DNA from: Planctomycetota bacterium
GTDB lineage: Bacteria > Planctomycetota > JAJSAM01 > JAJVHW01
Direction of reading: 5' to 3'
Length of the DNA: 64,000 nucleotides
Assembly: GCA_965248445.1 (NCBI GenBank)
Contig: CBDFJG010000003.1
Span: 1,696,001-1,760,000 of the forward strand
In this document: positions 48,687-59,188 of the stretch, in pieces
How positions within the stretch are numbered: the first letter of the stretch is position 1
Layout of the letters: the number at the start of each line of letters is the position of its first letter
The notes under the pieces: generated by a model
What the model saw: the letters and a program-made list of their open reading frames with translations, nothing else
The model's database searches: none
What the model was told of the DNA's origin: nothing
Made by a program: the position numbers and the translations under genes

Positions 48687-51221
48687 ATGGCATTCGAAGG
48701 CGACCTCTCGAAAGTCCCCCTCGGGGACGTGTGTCAGACCCTCGTCATGACGAGGCAGCACGGCGTTCTCGTCGTGCGTGGGCCCGAGCAGCGACGGATC
48801 GCGGTCGGCGAGCGCGGGATCTCCCTCGTCGGCGCGCGTGCGTCGCTCGGCGAGCGCGTCGCCCGCTACCTCCTGGCCACCGGCGGACTCGACGTCGAGG
48901 GGCTCGCTGCGGCCGAGAAGGTGCTCCGGCGCCGCCGCAACGCCCGCCTCGACGATGTTATCCAGAGCGAGGGTCTGGTGCAGTCCGACGTGCTGCGCGC
49001 GGCCCGCGCCTACGTCGCGCAGGAAGAAGTCTTCGAGATGTTCTTCTGGCGCGAGGGCACGTTCGCGCTGCTCGAAGGCCGTAAGGAAGACGGCGGTCCG
49101 TTCGCCGAGATCACGTTCGACATCGCGGGTATCGCGATGGAGGCGGCCCGGCGCATCGACGAGATGCAGGGACTGAACGAGAGCGTCCCCCTCACTGCTG
49201 TCGTCGCCCCGGGCGATCCGCAAGCGATCCCGGACGAAGAGCAGGACGGAGACGCGGCGTGCCGCATCTTCAACCTGATCGACGAGGTCGACTCGGTGCG
49301 CGAGATCGTCATGTCCTCGCACCTCGGCGAGTTCGACACGCGCAAGACGCTCGAGTACCTCATGCAGTCCGGTGCTCTTCGCCACGCCGGCGAGGAGGAG
49401 ATCCGGAAGGCCGCGAGCGCCGCACTAGGACGCGACACCGCTCGCGCCGTCGCCCTGTTCGAACGCCTGACGCAGCTGCAGCCTGAGTCCGACGAAGCGT
49501 GGCGGCAGCTCTCCGAGGCGCACAAGAAGTCCGGAGACCGCGACCAGGCCGCCGTGTGCTTGCGCACTGTCGCCAGTGTCCTGATCGCAAAGAACGACGG
49601 CGCCGGCGCGATCGACGCCCTCAAGAAGGCGACCGAGCTCGCCCAGGAGAACTCCGAGGCTCACGAGGAGTACGTGAACGCACTGTTCGATCACGGCGAC
49701 GCGGAGGCCGGACTGAAGGCGACCCGCGCCGGCATCGCGCGCTGCGCCGAGGGCGGCGCTCACGAGGCCGTGATCCGCATCGCCACGCGTGCACTCCAGC
49801 ACGACGCCGACGACGCCGGCATCCTGATCGGCCTCGCCGCCTCGTACCACTCGCTGCAGCAGAACGGCGACGCGATCCGGACATACGAATCCGCCGCCGT
49901 GGTGCTCGAACGCACAAAGCGTGGCCGCGAGCGTCTGGCCGACGTCCTCCGCCGACTGATCCGGATCTCGAGCGACTCGAAGGAGTACGAGAAGCGGCTG
50001 TCGGAGATCCAGCGCGAGAAGTCGCAGAGTCGCAGGAAGCTGCGGACCGTCGGCCTGGCCCGCCGCCGCCGTCGTGGTGCTCGCGGCGATCGCAGTCCCG
50101 CTCTCGATGCGCGGCGGCATGAACGGCGATATGCAGGAGATCCACGAGCTGATCAACCGCGAGGAGTACGCCGCGGCGGATCAACTGATCTCCGAGATCT
50201 TCGCGGACGACCCGAGCGACGAGATGGTCCTGCGGCTCAACAACCTGCGAGGACTGCTCGACCGGGGGAAGAGCGGCGAGACCACGACGTACTCGGTCGT
50301 CTCGTCGATCACCCTGGCGCTGAAGGCGAACGACACGGAGACCGCTCGCCTTCTGACCGTGTTGGAAACCAATCCCGTGCGTCTGTCCGAGGGCGTGACC
50401 CTCGCGGACGCCGTGCGCTCGCTCGCCAAGGCGGCAGACACCCTGGCCGACTCCGTGATCCTGCTCACGACCGGTGACGGCGCGACGCTGAGGCAGCGCG
50501 CGCCGCCCAAGCACAAGAAGTTCGTCGGCGAGTTCGCGAGCGATGCGAACCCCTCGATCAAGCAGTTGCAGGCCGGCCTGCGCCTGGCCCTCGAGAGCGC
50601 GCAGGACGCGTCGAACAAGGCCCGCCTCTCCCCCGCGTACAAGCGCGGGCGATTGCGTGGGCGTGGTCGTTGAAGAATTTTCCCCTTGGCGAGGGGAGAT
50701 TCTCGTGGCGCTTCGTCGTGAAGGAAGTCAAGCACGGCAACGTGAAACCGTTGGCGCGCTACGTCGCCGGCACCATCGCGTTCGCGGAACCGATCCGAGT
50801 ACTGCTCGCTCCATTCGGTCCGGTCGATGACGCGCCGACGCTGGATGAGATCATGGGTGCCGACAGCCTGAGCGAAGCGTTCCACCTCCTCATGGAGCGC
50901 GCGGCCGCGGACGCGAAGTTGGTGTCGTTCATGGGATTGCCAGGCGACGCCGTGATGAACTTCGCGGAGGGTGGGCAGCAGTTCGATTGGTGGCTTGGCA
51001 ATCAGTTGCAGCCGCCGGTCATCGACACCACGCGTGACACCGGGTCTACCGCTGCCAGCGCGTGGGAGGATCTCGACGTGGACGGCTTTGTTGACGACTT
51101 GTTCAACGACCCCGACGCAATCGAACGTGACCTCAACGAGATGCTCGATGTGCTCGGGGAGAAGGGCGCCGAACTGAGTCGGAAGCAAATCAGCTTCCAC
51201 CGCCAGACGACGCGAGCCTAG
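48687..51221 (+). CDS. DUF4388 + TPR membrane protein, split by two 1-nt frameshifts (~50060 and ~50632)
   Basis: MAFEGDLSKVPL.DV.Q.L, F.W.EG.F, MEAARRIDE; removing one C at ~50060 restores the TM segment GLAAAAVVVLAAIAVP; one more C in the run at ~50630 joins the 50670-51221 frame. Confidence 0.75.
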
Positions 51222-52890
51222 CCCGAATCGTTCACCAGCCGGGAATCTGAGCGGGCCGTCGTCTGTCTAAGTGCTCGTACTCGCTAGTACTTGCACCGAC
51301 AGGAGCGCCGGCCCGATGACGACAGACTGTAGCCCGCAGGGGACCCTCTTCGCGGGCATCTGTGGACGCACCGCGGTGACGCGCTTCGACGCCGGTACCG
51401 TGACGAGCGACGGGGGCGTGCTGCTGCTCGAGCGGACCGATCGTCGCATCGATCTGCTCTCGCGGTTTGCGCGCTGCTTCGGGGACCACCGGGACCCGCG
51501 TCGGGTCGAGCACACGGTCGGCCAGATGCTGCGTCAGCGGGTCTTCGGGCTGTGCGCGGGCTACGAGGATCTGGTGGACCACGACCATGTCGGCAAGGAC
51601 CCGCTGTTTGCCGCGGCGTGCGGCAAGCGCGAGGGTGCTCTGGCCACGCACCCGACGCTCTCGCGGCTCGAGACCACGCAGCTCGGCGCCACGGCACAGA
51701 CGCGCTACGCCAAGATCGAGATGGACCAGGAGCGCGTGGACAGCGTGCTCAGCGACGTCTTCTGCGAGGCCATGGGGCCGGAGGATCCGGGCCTGCTCGT
51801 GCTGGACCTGGACCACTCCGACGTGCGGCTGCACGGCCGGCAGGAGGGCCGCTTCTTCCACGGCTACTACGGGCACTACTGCTACCTGCCGCTGTACGTC
51901 TTCTGCGGCGAGCACCTCTTGCTCGCTCGGCTCCAGACCGCTGACAGAGATCCCGCGCGCGGAGTCGTGGACGAGCTCCGTGCGCTGGTCTTACGTCTGC
52001 GGCGCCGCTGGCCCCGGGCCAAGGTGCTCGTGCGCGCAGACTCGGGCTTTTGCCGCGAGGAGCTGATGGCCTGGTGCGAGGCCGCCGGCCACTTCTACCT
52101 GCTGGGCATGGCGCGCAATGAGCGCCTTGAGCGACACGTCGAAGACGCGCTCGATGAGGCCGCAGCCCGTGCCGTGCAGACCGGCCGAGCAGCCCGGGTC
52201 TTTCGCGACTTTGCCTGGACCACGCTGGGGAGCTGGAGCCAGAGGCGTCGCGTGGTCGCCAAGGCCGAGCACCTGCCGGGCGGCAAGCGCAATCCCCGCT
52301 TCGTGGTGACCAATCTGCCGCCTCGTAGCTGGAGCAGCAAGCGTCTCTACGAGCAGCTCTACTGCGCCCGGGGCGAGGCGGAGAATCGCATCAAGGAGCA
52401 GCAGCTCGAGCTCTTCGGCACCCGTCTGTCGGTGCACACGATGCAGGGCAACGCCGTGCGGATGGCCATGTCGGCCATGGCCTACGTCCTGACCTGTGCG
52501 CTGCGACGCATCGGTCTCGCCGGCACCGAGATGGCGCGTGCGCAAGCCGGCACGATCCGCCTGCGGCTGCTCAAGATCGGCGCGCTCGTGCGGATCACGA
52601 CGCGCCGGATCTGGGTCTCGATGTCCTCGTCGTGGCCCTGGCAGCACGTCTTCGAGCGCTGCGCGCAACGACTGCTGGCATCCCCGAAGCCGACCTGACG
52701 TCCCGCCGCGCCGTCCGCCACACCACCGCCCGGCCTACGGTCTGCCCACACCGCAGAATCCGCGCCGTTTCGGCCGCTCACTCGCGTTGCCCTTGTGGCA
52801 ACGACGACAGCATCCGCCCTCGCCTGGCCAAGATCTGACCCTGTGGACTCCGAAAGCACCGTCATCGCGACGTCTCGTGAACAGATGCGG
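51222..52890 (+). mobile_element. Second, distinct IS1380-family element (B)
   Basis: Ends CCCGAATCGTTCAC and GTGAACAGATGCGG; CTAG on both sides (51218-51221, 52891-52894). Confidence 0.9.
51316..52698 (+). CDS. IS1380-family transposase
   Basis: TSDGG, GYED..DH, LDLD, HG.QEGRFFHGYY..YCYLPL, RADSGF, RGEAENRIKEQQ. Confidence 0.95.
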   Translation: MTTDCSPQGTLFAGICGRTAVTRFDAGTVTSDGGVLLLERTDRRIDLLSRFARCFGDHRDPRRVEHTVGQMLRQRVFGLCAGYEDLVDHDHVGKDPLFAAACGKREGALATHPTLSRLETTQLGATAQTRYAKIEMDQERVDSVLSDVFCEAMGPEDPGLLVLDLDHSDVRLHGRQEGRFFHGYYGHYCYLPLYVFCGEHLLLARLQTADRDPARGVVDELRALVLRLRRRWPRAKVLVRADSGFCREELMAWCEAAGHFYLLGMARNERLERHVEDALDEAAARAVQTGRAARVFRDFAWTTLGSWSQRRRVVAKAEHLPGGKRNPRFVVTNLPPRSWSSKRLYEQLYCARGEAENRIKEQQLELFGTRLSVHTMQGNAVRMAMSAMAYVLTCALRRIGLAGTEMARAQAGTIRLRLLKIGALVRITTRRIWVSMSSSWPWQHVFERCAQRLLASPKPT

Positions 52891-53412
52891 CTAGTTTCTT
52901 CACCTCCAGGTGCAGCAGCTCGCCCGGCCGCTCGCGCTCGTAGCGCACCACCTCCTCGCGAGGCTCCAGCGACCGACGGCTTCCCAGACCGAGACCTCGC
53001 AGGAGGCCACCGACCGTGGACAGCGCCATGCGCAGGCGCCCCGCAATCGCCCGACCCGGGAGCTTCTTGCGGCGCAGCCGCTCGATCCGCGCCACGCGCC
53101 TCGCCGACGTGCGGTTCCACACCCGGTGCGGCGCCGAGCTGCGGTCGAAGAGCCCGGGCGCTCCCTCAAGAGACCAGCGCCGCAGCCACTTGTGGGCCGT
53201 CGTGCGGCTGATCCCGACCGCGCCCGCCGTCGCCACCACGCTCCAGCCATCCTCGAGTACGCGCTTCACCAGCAGCATGCGACCGGTCCAAGTCGTGCAA
53301 GCGTTACGATGCGTCTTCATCCCCGGGGCCCTCCTCAAAGTCAGTTGGGATTGTTTCCATCCCCATCTGACCCGGAGACCCGGGGGTGTTCACAACGTGA
53401 TCAGCATCTACA
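52891..53412 (-). mobile_element. Truncated IS481-family element (left end plus 5' third of the transposase, ATG at 53320)
   Basis: Terminus TGTAGATGCTGATCACGTTGTGAAC; MKTHRNA...GISRTTAHKWLRR...DRSSAPH...RYERERPGELLHL.VKKL, cut at a CTAG. Confidence 0.88.
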
Positions 53413-53417
53413 CCTAG

Positions 53418-55113
53418 CCTGCATAATTCATCACGCCACGCCCGGAACGTAGATTCGGGCGCACCGCGCATTGCATAAACTGTTGTTAGAGCAATAGTTA
53501 CACAGATGCGAGAGGTACGCCCGAGTGACGAATTCTACCCCACACACTGTCCGGTTTCCCGATCTCTTCGGGAAGGTCACCACGGCCGTGTTCGACGGCG
53601 AAGCGCACACGTCCGAGGGAGGCGCGGGACTGCTGCGCGCGGTGGACCGTCGAATGGGAGTGACCGCAGGTCTGGCTGCGCTGTTGGTGGATCGTCGTGA
53701 CCCGACGCGGGTGCAGCACTCGTTGGAGGAGCTCTTTCGGCAGCGCGTCTTCTCGATCGGCCTGGGCTACAGCGACCAGAACGACGCGGCTCGCGTGGGC
53801 ACCGACCCGATGCTCAAGGGGGTCACGGGCCGCGCGCCGATCAAGGGCGCCGACCTGGCGTCTCAGGCGACGCTGTCGCGCTTCGAGAACGCGGTCACGG
53901 CGCACGAGCTCGTGGCCTTGTCGCGCAAGCTCGAGGAGGACGTGATCGAGCGTCTTTGCGCTCGCCACCGGGGGGCCCGGCGCATCACGATCGACATGGA
54001 CCCGAGCTGTGACCCGACCCACGGTGCACAGCAGGGAGCGCTCTTCAACGGCTTCTACGACACGTGGTGCTACCTGCCGGTTTTCGGCTTCCTCACGGTC
54101 GACGGCGATCCGGAGCAGTACCTTTTCTGTGCGCGGCTGCGGCCGGGCAACGCGAAGGAGGGCCGCACGTCGCTGCGGACGATCCGCCGGATGGTGAAGC
54201 GACTTCGGCGTGCGTTTCCGCGCACGCAGATCCTCGTGCGCCTGGACAGCGGCTTCGCCGGCTCGCGGCTCTTCGACGCGCTGGACGAACTCGGCGTGAA
54301 GTACGTGGTCGGGATGCCCAAGAACAAGCGGCTCCTGGATCTGTGCGACGCCGAGATGACAGCGGCTGCGGTGCTGGCGGCGATGGAAGACAAGACGGCG
54401 CAGATCTACGGCGACTGCGAGTACCGGGCGAAGAGCTGGAGCAGGTCCCGCCGCGTGGTCTTCAAGGCGTAAGTGCTGGTCGCCACCGGGAAGGTGAACA
54501 AGGACAACGCGCGCTTCGTGGTCACCAACGTCTCGCGCAGCTACAAGCCCGAGACGACCTACTGCAAGACCTACTGCGGTCGCGGCGACGCCGAGAACCG
54601 CATCAAGGAACTCAAGGGTGGCCTGGCGGTGGATCGCACGAGCAACTCGAGCTTCCTGGCGAACCAGTTCCGCGTGCTGATGACCGCGGCGGCCTACGTA
54701 CTCTTCCAGGAGTTACGCTACCAGTTGCGCGGCACCACGGCCGCAGTCTGGCAGGTGCACACGATCCGCGAACGGCTGCTCAAGATCGGCGCCCGCGTCG
54801 TGGAATCGGTGCGCCGCGTCGTCGTGCATCTCGCGGCGGCCTGCCCATGGCGCGAGCTGTGGTGCCGCGTCGCGCGAAGGCTCGGCGCTGCGCCGGTCTG
54901 AGCGCAGCCGATGGCCAGAAGAACGACACGCTTCCGGCTACCGGTCCGTCCAGACCTCGTCCGCGCGGCGGCAAATGGACTTGAACGCCCCCTCGGAACG
55001 AAGATCCCGCCGTCCGAGACCCCGCCGACCTCGGTGAACGCCGCAAGTCGAGCGCCCGGGCGCTCGGACCGGCCGAGGGACGCCATCGCGAGCGTCGTCA
55101 TGAATAGTGCGGG
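53418..55113 (+). mobile_element. IS1380-family element, copy A2
   Basis: Same sequence as 1767-3462 by eye; CTAG duplication at 53414-53417 and 55114-55117. Confidence 0.95.
53525..54901 (+). pseudogene. IS1380 transposase with an internal stop
   Basis: CAA (2819-2821 in copy A1) is TAA at 54470-54472. Confidence 0.9.
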
Positions 55114-55264
55114 CTAGCGGCATGGCCCGGCGTACCCGGGCGATGTGCTTACCTGGCAAGAGGTTACACAGATGGGCGCCGGGCGCAAGGTGCGGCGTGC
55201 CGCGGCGCACGCGGGCGTCGCGCGGGCCGGGATCTGTGGTTCATGTGGTTCTTGGGGCTCGAGG

Positions 55265-55590
55265 TCAGAACGGCCCGCCCTCGAGCAGCGTGGTAGCGGT
55301 CCCGCGGATCGGCAGCCACAGGTAGGCGAAGTAGGCCCCCAGCAGGAGCGCCACGGTCATGCAGCCGGTGAAGAAGGCCACGTAGGCTACATGCTGGGAC
55401 CAGCGGCGGAATCCCATGTCCCGCCACTCCTCGCGTATCTCGTCGGCCCATCGAGTCCCGGAGAAGGCGAGCGCGCAGACGGCCGCTGACGCGAGTGCCG
55501 TGCCAGCGGTGGTCAAGAGGGACGTCCGGAACCACCAGGTGATGAGCCCGAAGGTCGCCACGAGCGCCAACGCGGCGCCGCGCACGGCGA
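55265..55590 (-). CDS. Small three-TM hypothetical protein (start uncertain)
   Basis: Three hydrophobic stretches directly downstream of the XRE gene. Confidence 0.5.
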
Positions 55591-55812
55591 CTACCGTCCC
55601 CTGAGAAAGTCGCGGATGGCGTCGATGACGAAGGGGTTTCTGGGCCGGCTCCGGTGCTCCGGGTCGGCCGCCTCCCACCGGGCCAGGGTACGGAGTCCGA
55701 CTCGGAACAGGGCCGCGGCCTGCGCCTGGGTCATGTCCCGCGCAGCACGTTCGTCGCGCAGCGCGGCCACGAGCTCCTCGCCGGGCGGGAGCCCGTGTCG
55801 TGGCAGTTTCAC
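55591..55812 (-). CDS. Small XRE/Cro-like HTH regulator
   Basis: LRDERAARDMTQAQAAALFRVGLRTLARWE. Confidence 0.8.
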   Translation of the reverse strand: MKLPRHGLPPGEELVAALRDERAARDMTQAQAAALFRVGLRTLARWEAADPEHRSRPRNPFVIDAIRDFLRGR

Positions 55813-55895
55813 ACGGCGTCGGCGGGGCACGGGCAGGAGTGTAGTCACGCATCCGACCCGCCTGGCGAGCGCAACGGAAGCGCGGAGGGCGAATA

Positions 55896-55934
55896 TGCCA
55901 ATTGGCAGACGGCAATGTGGCACGCCATGTGGCA
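55896..55934. promoter_or_regulatory. Three tandem operator-like palindromes (TGCCA-N2-TGGCA)
   Basis: TGCCAATTGGCA 55896-55907 (perfect), GGCAATGTGGCA 55911-55922, CGCCATGTGGCA 55923-55934, between divergent HTH genes. Confidence 0.6.
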
Positions 55935-56031
55935 GACTCGCCGGTCAAGAAATGAGAGAGGGCCCGTCACGGCGTGGTGCGCCATCGACGGGCCCGGTTG
56001 CACACCCAACGGTACGGAAGGGAGCACGGGG

Positions 56032-57554
56032 ATGACGGTACACGACGAGACGACAGGGTTTCAACACGGTTCTCCACAGCCGCGCGCGCTGCAGTTCGAC
56101 GGCGGGGCGCTGCGATCGCGGCGAGAGGCGGCGAACGTGTCCGTCGACGAGGCGGTCCAGCTCATGAAAGCGGTGGCCGCGCCGGGCTCCGAGGAGGACC
56201 CCGAACGGAGCCTCCGGTTGACTCTCGGCCTCGCCGAGCTCGGGAGCCAGCCCCTGCACCTGGCCCACTTCCGGGCCCTGGTGCTGCGCATCGACTGTGA
56301 GCCGAGCGATCTGTACCGGGACGCGGGCGAGTGGCGGGTCGATGGGACTGACTTCGGTGCGACGAGCACCCGCGTGGGCACGTCGCAGAAGGACTTCGCC
56401 GCACTGACCGGAGTCTCGCTCGACTTGGTGCAGCGCATGGAGAGCGAGAGGGCCGGCGAGTGCACGCTGAACGAGTTCCTCGCCTACACGATGGCGACGG
56501 GGGAGCACGACCTCGACGAAGTGCTTGAGCAGTGCATCCAGATCTTGAACGTCTCGTGGACCGGCGAGGGGGAGGAGTGGCCGATGCGCTGCTCCGGGAT
56601 GGACGACGAGTTGCGCGCCGAGTACGGGTACGAGGAGCCGGCCCCAGCGAAGCCGCCCCGTCCGAACGGTCGCGCCCTCAAGCGCAACGTGAGCGCGTTC
56701 CAGCGGTTCCTCGACGACGCGCGCATGTCGCGCGAGGAGTTCTTCGCGGACTCTGGCTTCAACTGCGCCAGGAAGACCCACGACGGGTGCGGCACGATCG
56801 ACAGCCTCCGGGGCTGGTTCGAGGAGGGCGCCATTCTGGACTGGTGCGCGTCCATCATGTGCGAGGTGCTGGATCGCAAGTGGGGCGACCAGTTCCACGA
56901 CATCGGCGAGTGGCAGCTGGACGGGACCTCGTACGCGCTTCATCGCGCCCGGTTCACCATCTCGGACGAGGAGTTCCTCGACGCCTGCGGCCTGGATGCA
57001 TCCGTCGTCGCGGAGATCGAGGGGCCGAAGCTCGGCGAGGCGCGCTACCGCGATGTGCGGCCGCGCTCTTTCCCGACACGAACGTCCACAAGGCGATGGA
57101 GGACTTCACCGGTGAAGGGCACCGCTCGATTCGCGCCTTCTGTCCCGGCTTCGACAAGGACAGCGAGTCGGCCGTACTCCGGCTTCGTGATCTCGCTCGG
57201 CAGATCGCACTCGCGCTGCGGGACGATGGTTCACCGTGGGATGGCGATCGCTGGTGGCGCATCATCACCGACACGATCTTCCACGACATCGACGAGACGG
57301 CGTACATGCCAGCGTTGCAGCGCACGATGGTCGAGAACGGCTTGCTCCCCGCGCACCCCGCCGACGACGAGACGATCTCACTCGCCCGCTTCCGTGTCAG
57401 CATCCGGCGCATGGCGGGGGCGGCCGGGATGAGCGACGCTGCGATCGACGAGTTGATCGACGCCACACCGGATCATCCCGTGCGCGGTCGTCAGCCGGGC
57501 GTGCAAGCGGTGCTTGAGGACAAGGGCGTGCTCCCGACGTACCCTTCGACCTGA
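56032..57554 (+). CDS. Multi-XRE-like-HTH protein (1-nt frameshift at ~57055)
   Basis: LRSRREAANVSVDEA; TSQKDFAALTGVSLDLVQRME; MSREEF; ISDEEF..ACGL..SVVAEIE; GC3-rich coding continues in the frame ending at 57554. Confidence 0.7.
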
Positions 57555-57621
57555 TCCCCTCGGGAGGTTCCTGGAGTGCCTCCCTCCCCGCGGCGTCGGC
57601 GCCTCATGCGTCGGCGCCGCA

Positions 57622-57714
57622 CTACCGGGCCGACTTGGCATCCAGCGCCAATCGACACACTCCCCAGGCCCAAGCGGCAACACCGAGCGCGAACAAGATG
57701 CGATCCCAGGGCAT
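57622..57714 (-). CDS. 30-aa single-TM peptide
   Basis: MPWDRILFALGVAAWAWGVCRLALDAKSAR; TGATG coupling to the upstream gene. Confidence 0.45.
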   Translation of the reverse strand: MPWDRILFALGVAAWAWGVCRLALDAKSAR

Positions 57715-58019
57715 CAGCGCCCCTCCTTCAACTCCTCGATGCCCTCCAGCACCTGCGCGTTGACCGCGCGTTGCTCCTGCCATCGTTCCTCCTGGCGAGC
57801 CCATCTCTCGCTCTGTACGGCGTGGTACGTCTCGAGCGTATCGAGGCGATCGTCCGCGCCGATGTGCGCCGGCGCGCGCTCGTGGTCGTCGAGATCATCG
57901 ACGACACCGTCTACCTTCGACTGCACGGTCACGAACGCCGACACGCCCGCAGCGCCAGCGAGTATCCACGGGAGCATCTCCTTCCAACGGACGGGTGTCG
58001 GTGTCTTCGCCGCGACCAT
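57714..58019 (-). CDS. Small TM + coiled-coil protein, phage-like
   Basis: AGGAGG RBS; TM ILAGAAGVSAFVTV followed by a heptad-rich tail. Confidence 0.65.
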   Translation of the reverse strand: MVAAKTPTPVRWKEMLPWILAGAAGVSAFVTVQSKVDGVVDDLDDHERAPAHIGADDRLDTLETYHAVQSERWARQEERWQEQRAVNAQVLEGIEELKEGR

Positions 58020-58043
58020 GTTGAGCCTCCTCGTGGTCCGGTT

Positions 58044-58238
58044 CTACGTACGGCCAGCGGCGAGAATGTCAGCCGCCCTTGCGGCCATCGCCGTGCGCTC
58101 CTCCATCGTCGCGTCGTCGCGGACGGTGAGCAGGACGACGCGCTCTCGGATGAGCACGTTGCCCCCCGTGAGGAAAGCGCCGAACTCGGTGTCCGTGATG
58201 ACGAGTACCGAGTCGGCCTTGATCTGTACGGACGCCAC
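58044..58238 (-). CDS. Small hypothetical protein
   Basis: Starts 4 nt after the upstream TAG; GC3-rich. Confidence 0.5.
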   Translation of the reverse strand: MASVQIKADSVLVITDTEFGAFLTGGNVLIRERVVLLTVRDDATMEERTAMAARAADILAAGRT

Positions 58239-58242
58239 CGCC

Positions 58243-58554
58243 CTACCTGACGACCGGCTGCCCGCTCGCGGGGTCGATCTCTGGCGGCGGCGGCGGCGTC
58301 TCGGTCCGAGACCTGTCGTCGCTACCTGTTCCAGCGCCATCGCCACTTCCACCGCTGACGCCACCACCAGTCTTGGCCTTGCTGAGATCGGTCGCGAACG
58401 TCGCAGTCGGCGTCGCGGTGTCGCTCTTGCCCTGGACGCCCGAGCCCTCCTGGGAGCCCTGCGTGCCCTGCTCCTGGTTCGCCGTGATCGTGCCGAAGTT
58501 CAGGACGAGCGGACCGCTCGCGCCCTCTTCCTCGATCTCGATCTCGACGGCGTT
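58243..58554 (-). pseudogene. 5'-truncated Gly/Thr/Pro-rich gene (not in the ORF track)
   Basis: Open GC3-rich frame NAVEIEIEEEGASGPLVLNFGTITANQEQ...PPPPPEIDPASGQPVVR* with no start codon. Confidence 0.55.
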
Positions 58555-58557
58555 CTA

Positions 58558-59188
58558 CTTCCCCGAAGAGGGCGCGTACGAGGCGACCGAGCGGTCGATC
58601 GAGCGAGTCGATAGCGTGCTCGACCGCACATTCGATGTTGAGAAGCTCCTCCCGTACGCGCGCATCTACGCCCGCGCCGGAGCCAAGACGGACAAGCTCA
58701 CGAAGAGGACCGCCAAGACCGCGGCCCGGCAGCCGAGCACTCTGACCCTCCTGATCGACGGCCAGCCCGTCTCGGCCAATCAGTTCCACGCGGTGTGGAC
58801 GACTGACGCCGACGGGAACACGCGCCTGACCGGCGGCGGCAGTGCCCGCCCTTCCGCTGCACCCGACCCGGACGCCTGCGTCACGTTCGGCACCGAGGAG
58901 AACATGGAGGAGGAGGACTTCTTCGACATCGACCCCGAGTTCGATCCGAACGGCGCCTTCGCCTCGCTCCAGGTGTCTGCGGCCGTCTCGCCCGATGGCG
59001 TCGCGCATGACTTCACCGCCACCGCGGGGGATCTGGATATCGCGTTCCTCGGCCTGGAGTTCGGGATCATCGAAGGCGAGTTCGAGTTCACCGGCACCGA
59101 GGGCGACCCGGACGACCCGGACGCCGAGGTCGAGATCACCGAGGGCACGTTCCTGATCTTCGGCGTCCAGTTCGTGGACGAGCGCTAG
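58558..59188 (+). pseudogene. 5'-truncated paralog of the 12606-13982 secreted protein
   Basis: Lys/Ala helix, then LTLLIDG...GDLDIAFL...IEGEFEFTG...ITEGTF; the nominal ORF's first ~60 aa are antisense to another gene. Confidence 0.6.

Noticed and set aside
54470..54472. Programmed readthrough in the IS1380 transposase
   Set aside because: The sister copy has CAA, so a simple point mutation or error explains it
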